The notes beneath the pieces were generated by a model. It was not told the DNA's origin. It was given only the letters and a program-made list of their open reading frames with translations, and did no database searches. Positions 60,865-64,000 of a stretch of DNA of 64,000 nucleotides are shown piece by piece (the first letter of the stretch is position 1; each line of letters starts with the position of its first letter). The stretch is from Phoronis australis (Eukaryota > Animalia > Phoronida). Made by a program: the position numbers and the translations under genes. The stretch spans positions 748,908-812,907 of the forward strand of contig NMRA01000001.1 in NCBI GenBank assembly GCA_002633005.1. The letters are read 5' to 3'.

Positions 60865-63025
60865 ATGGCTGACACTCAAGTGAACAACAACAATTCCAAA
60901 CCCCAGTCTCCATCAACGGAAGGGATGCTGGGATCAAAGGAGCAGGAATATGTCAACGCTAAGTCTTACCTTCTGTCATGTAGCACAGCAACAGGTTATA
61001 ACTTGTAAGTAAAGTCACGGTTGTAGTGTAATTGAATTAATTATGCCATTGGATTGAAACTCTGTTGTTACTGCAGTCATACTCTGCACTTCAGGCTCAC
61101 TTTAAGTTATGTGTCCTATAAAGAACTTTTGACTTGCAATTCCGTTCATTAAAGTTTCAGTAGAAACTTGTTGGTGATAGTTATTGCGTTGTCTTGCTAT
61201 AGATCAACGTGGGCATTTGTGTCACTGTTTGTTTTTTAAATTAAATTGTCTTGCCTTTGATTGCGAAAATCGCAACTTGTAAATGTTAACTCTTCAACAA
61301 CTGTTAAAAATAGCTGCATGTGCAACTATGTCTTTCAGGTATGATCATTTAAGCAAAGTTCTCACAAAAATCCTTGATGAACGGCCAGACAATGTGGTCG
61401 ATGTTTTCGAAGATATTAGCAAAGAAACCAAGAAAGCAAAATTTACACCAGACTTTGACACAGTACAGAACAAGTTAGACCAGTCTACAGAAGTCGCTCT
61501 GGCCACAATTCAGGAAAAATTATTTAAGGTTTGTAATGTGTTGTCCTCAATGAATTTAAATATTAGAAAAAAAGGTAATTTGCAAATAAATGTATAATGG
61601 TGTTGGAAATGCCATGGTGAAATTAGTATACCTCACACCAAAAGTTCTGTCGAATTACGATTTTTTACTTACTTTATTGAAGAGTAAGGTCTTTTTGTCA
61701 TGATAACATGTACCAAGTGTAATAGGGACCTCAAATTAAACATTTTTGATTAACTGTATTTAGCTTAAGCCAGTATTTTCAATGACCATTTGCTTTTGAG
61801 GTTTTCATTATCCAAAGTACTGTCAGTGTCTACATTTTTTCTCCAAGTGTAGAGGTTATAGTTCCAAGTCTCCTCATGAAATGGATTCTGTAACATTTGA
61901 GAATTGCTTCACAAGGATATCCAAGCACACGTACAGTTGAATTCATTTGGCTATGTTTTGATTTCTTAGAAAGGTGATGGCGATGAAGAGGGTGCGGAGC
62001 AGGACGAGGAGGTGGAGACTCCTCTGCCCAATCTCATGGAGTTGGCCTTCTTCTTCGAGCAGGCCGCCATTGGCCTGAATCGTGAGGAGCTGTTCCGAAT
62101 CTGGTTGGCCCTGAAGTTCCTGGTCGACAACCACCCCCTACAGCACGTCAGGTTCTGGGGCAAGGTGCTAGGCACGGAGCAGAATTACATCGTCGCTGAA
62201 GTCGAGTACAGAGAAGGGGAGGAAGAAGAGGAGGAAGAGGAAGAAGAGGTGAGCAATAGTGGACAGAAGGCCTGGACCTGTGTCCGTTTCTCTGGCTGTA
62301 AATTTGCGTACAGAGGAGTAACGGCTAAAATTTGTCCTCTCCAACTTTTTATAAACTAGCTAAAAGTATTTGATGTAGAACAGAGGAGCGCCAGTCTTCT
62401 CAGACCCTCTCCCAATACACCGGGATCTAATTTCCAAACTCTGTCTCGATTCAGATTCTGACTCGAAAAAACTGTTTATGTTGAATTACAAGTTTGTAAG
62501 TTTGGTCGTAGTGTGCCGTACGCAATTGATCAATTTTGGAGTTGAGTTTTGCCTACAAAGATGAGACCCTGACCCAGTCGTAACAAAAATGGTCTTAAAA
62601 ACTTTCAATTTGTAGGACTGAAATGGCGAGTAACTTACTGTTATAAAAATATTGTACCTTGGACTATTGTTATTGTTATTTTTGGATTGCATGGGGAAGG
62701 GATAGTGATCAAGTGTTCTCATCACTCAAAAACTCAGAGTCCGGCTATTTTACACACGAGACTGTGCATCTCATGTTTGCTCACGTGTGCTAACCTTCTG
62801 CTCATTGAAGCTTGCAGGTTTGACAATTCTGAAATTTTTCAGTCAAAACAAGGTTACACCTGCGTCTTACCAAACAAATTCAATTTAAAAAATTTATGGA
62901 ACCTGCAATGGTCATTGGTTTTTTCCTATTGATGTCTGACACTGACAGTATCTGTTGACCTTTTAAACAGGCAGAGGCCGAACAAGAGGACGAAACTACA
63001 GAGAAGGATGAGGATGCCGATGATG
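60865..63025 (+). CDS. RSPH4A: Radial spoke head protein 4/6 homolog, 5' part (continues beyond the window)
   Basis: Exons 60865-61004, 61339-61528, 61970-62248, 62971-63025. Motifs [72 protein letters not shown] followed by an acidic tract. Confidence 0.92.
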
Positions 63026-64000
63026 GTGAGTAACTCCACTTTTCTGTTCTCTGTGTACACCGCGTTTTACGTCGCCTGCTTTTCCAACAGACCAGTGAGA
63101 AGGGAGACTCTCATTTGTGATGTGGGCTTTCATAAGACTGGCTAAAAGTATTGTTGGGTGTTTGCTTAACACTTCTCTTCTGCAAAAAAAAATCTTTCTT
63201 GGCAAACTCAAGTCACTTGAGCTATGGTAATTCTTCACTTGTTTCGTACAAAAATAATTGCCAAAATTGTCACTTTTCAGTTTTCATAATTAGGCTGATT
63301 ACGTTATTGCAGATAACGGAAACTTGACCCATTGCTGCTTTGACAGCTATGCAATACAAACAAGTGACCAACTGCCTAAATATTTTTAAATCCAATTTGA
63401 CAAAAGTGAAATTTCACTTGTCTGCCTTATTGTGTGCCAACTAGGTGAAGAACTGAACCATACTCACTAGCAAGTTTTATAAGTTTTATAATTCTCAATT
63501 CTTGACTGAATTGAGTTGGGTGAAACCTTAAATAGTCATCGATATGTTGTTCACTGTTTGGTAGCATCTGCTTCTTTTTCTGTGCAGTCACATGTTAGAC
63601 CCTTTAAGAAATTCTTCACTTGTGTTGTCTTGTTCAAATCTTTAGATCCACCAGATAAGGTCAGGGATGGTCAGTACGATTTTGAATATTATCCTTAAGT
63701 TTACACGTAGTTGATATAGGTTAGAAGTACGGAATAGATTTTAATTAACCAAGTTCATGTGCCATCTGTGAAATTTATTTTGCCACATTGTAGTAGATCA
63801 CACCATAGACTGTTGTTTAATTAGGGTGTGTAATTAGTGAGGTGAGAATTATTAATTAGGCGTGTGTGTTCAGTTCAAGGCGACTCGGTCTACTTTGCAA
63901 AATCGTGAAAGTCTTCGCAAAGTATCGCCATGGTTACAATCAGTTAGCACATAATGATTTTACTTGATCTCTCCAGGGAGTCTCCAGCATTACTGAATGA

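Noticed and set aside
63977-64000. Next RSPH4 exon at the window end
   Set aside because: After ctccag the required phase hits TGA within 7 codons; the true exon is probably beyond the window.

Overview
AT-rich eukaryotic (animal, probably marine invertebrate) genomic DNA with spliced genes; most ORFs in the supplied track are spurious or are single exons. I rebuilt the exon chains by hand from GT-AG sites and reading-frame phase. The left half is a ~14.4 kb tandem duplication of a head-to-head pair: RNASEH2C (- strand, 4 exons, 144 aa) and a 106-aa single-TM SMIM26-like gene (+ strand, 2 exons). The last two exons of DHTKD1 are stranded at the junction, next to a (CA)n tract. The two copies are a mosaic: roughly 95% identical from RNASEH2C exon 3 onward but roughly 70% identical around exon 4 (visual estimates). 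The right half holds a 7-exon countin-like saposin-domain gene (-), a CCDC42/CCDC197-type coiled-coil gene (+), salvador/SAV1 (-) and the 5' part of RSPH4/6 (+), again as divergent pairs. Introns contain Kolobok-like TTAA elements (one with a decayed THAP domain), a Harbinger-type MITE, other MITEs, a tRNA-like SINE head, a LINE 3' fragment and minisatellites. I found no prokaryotic-type system.
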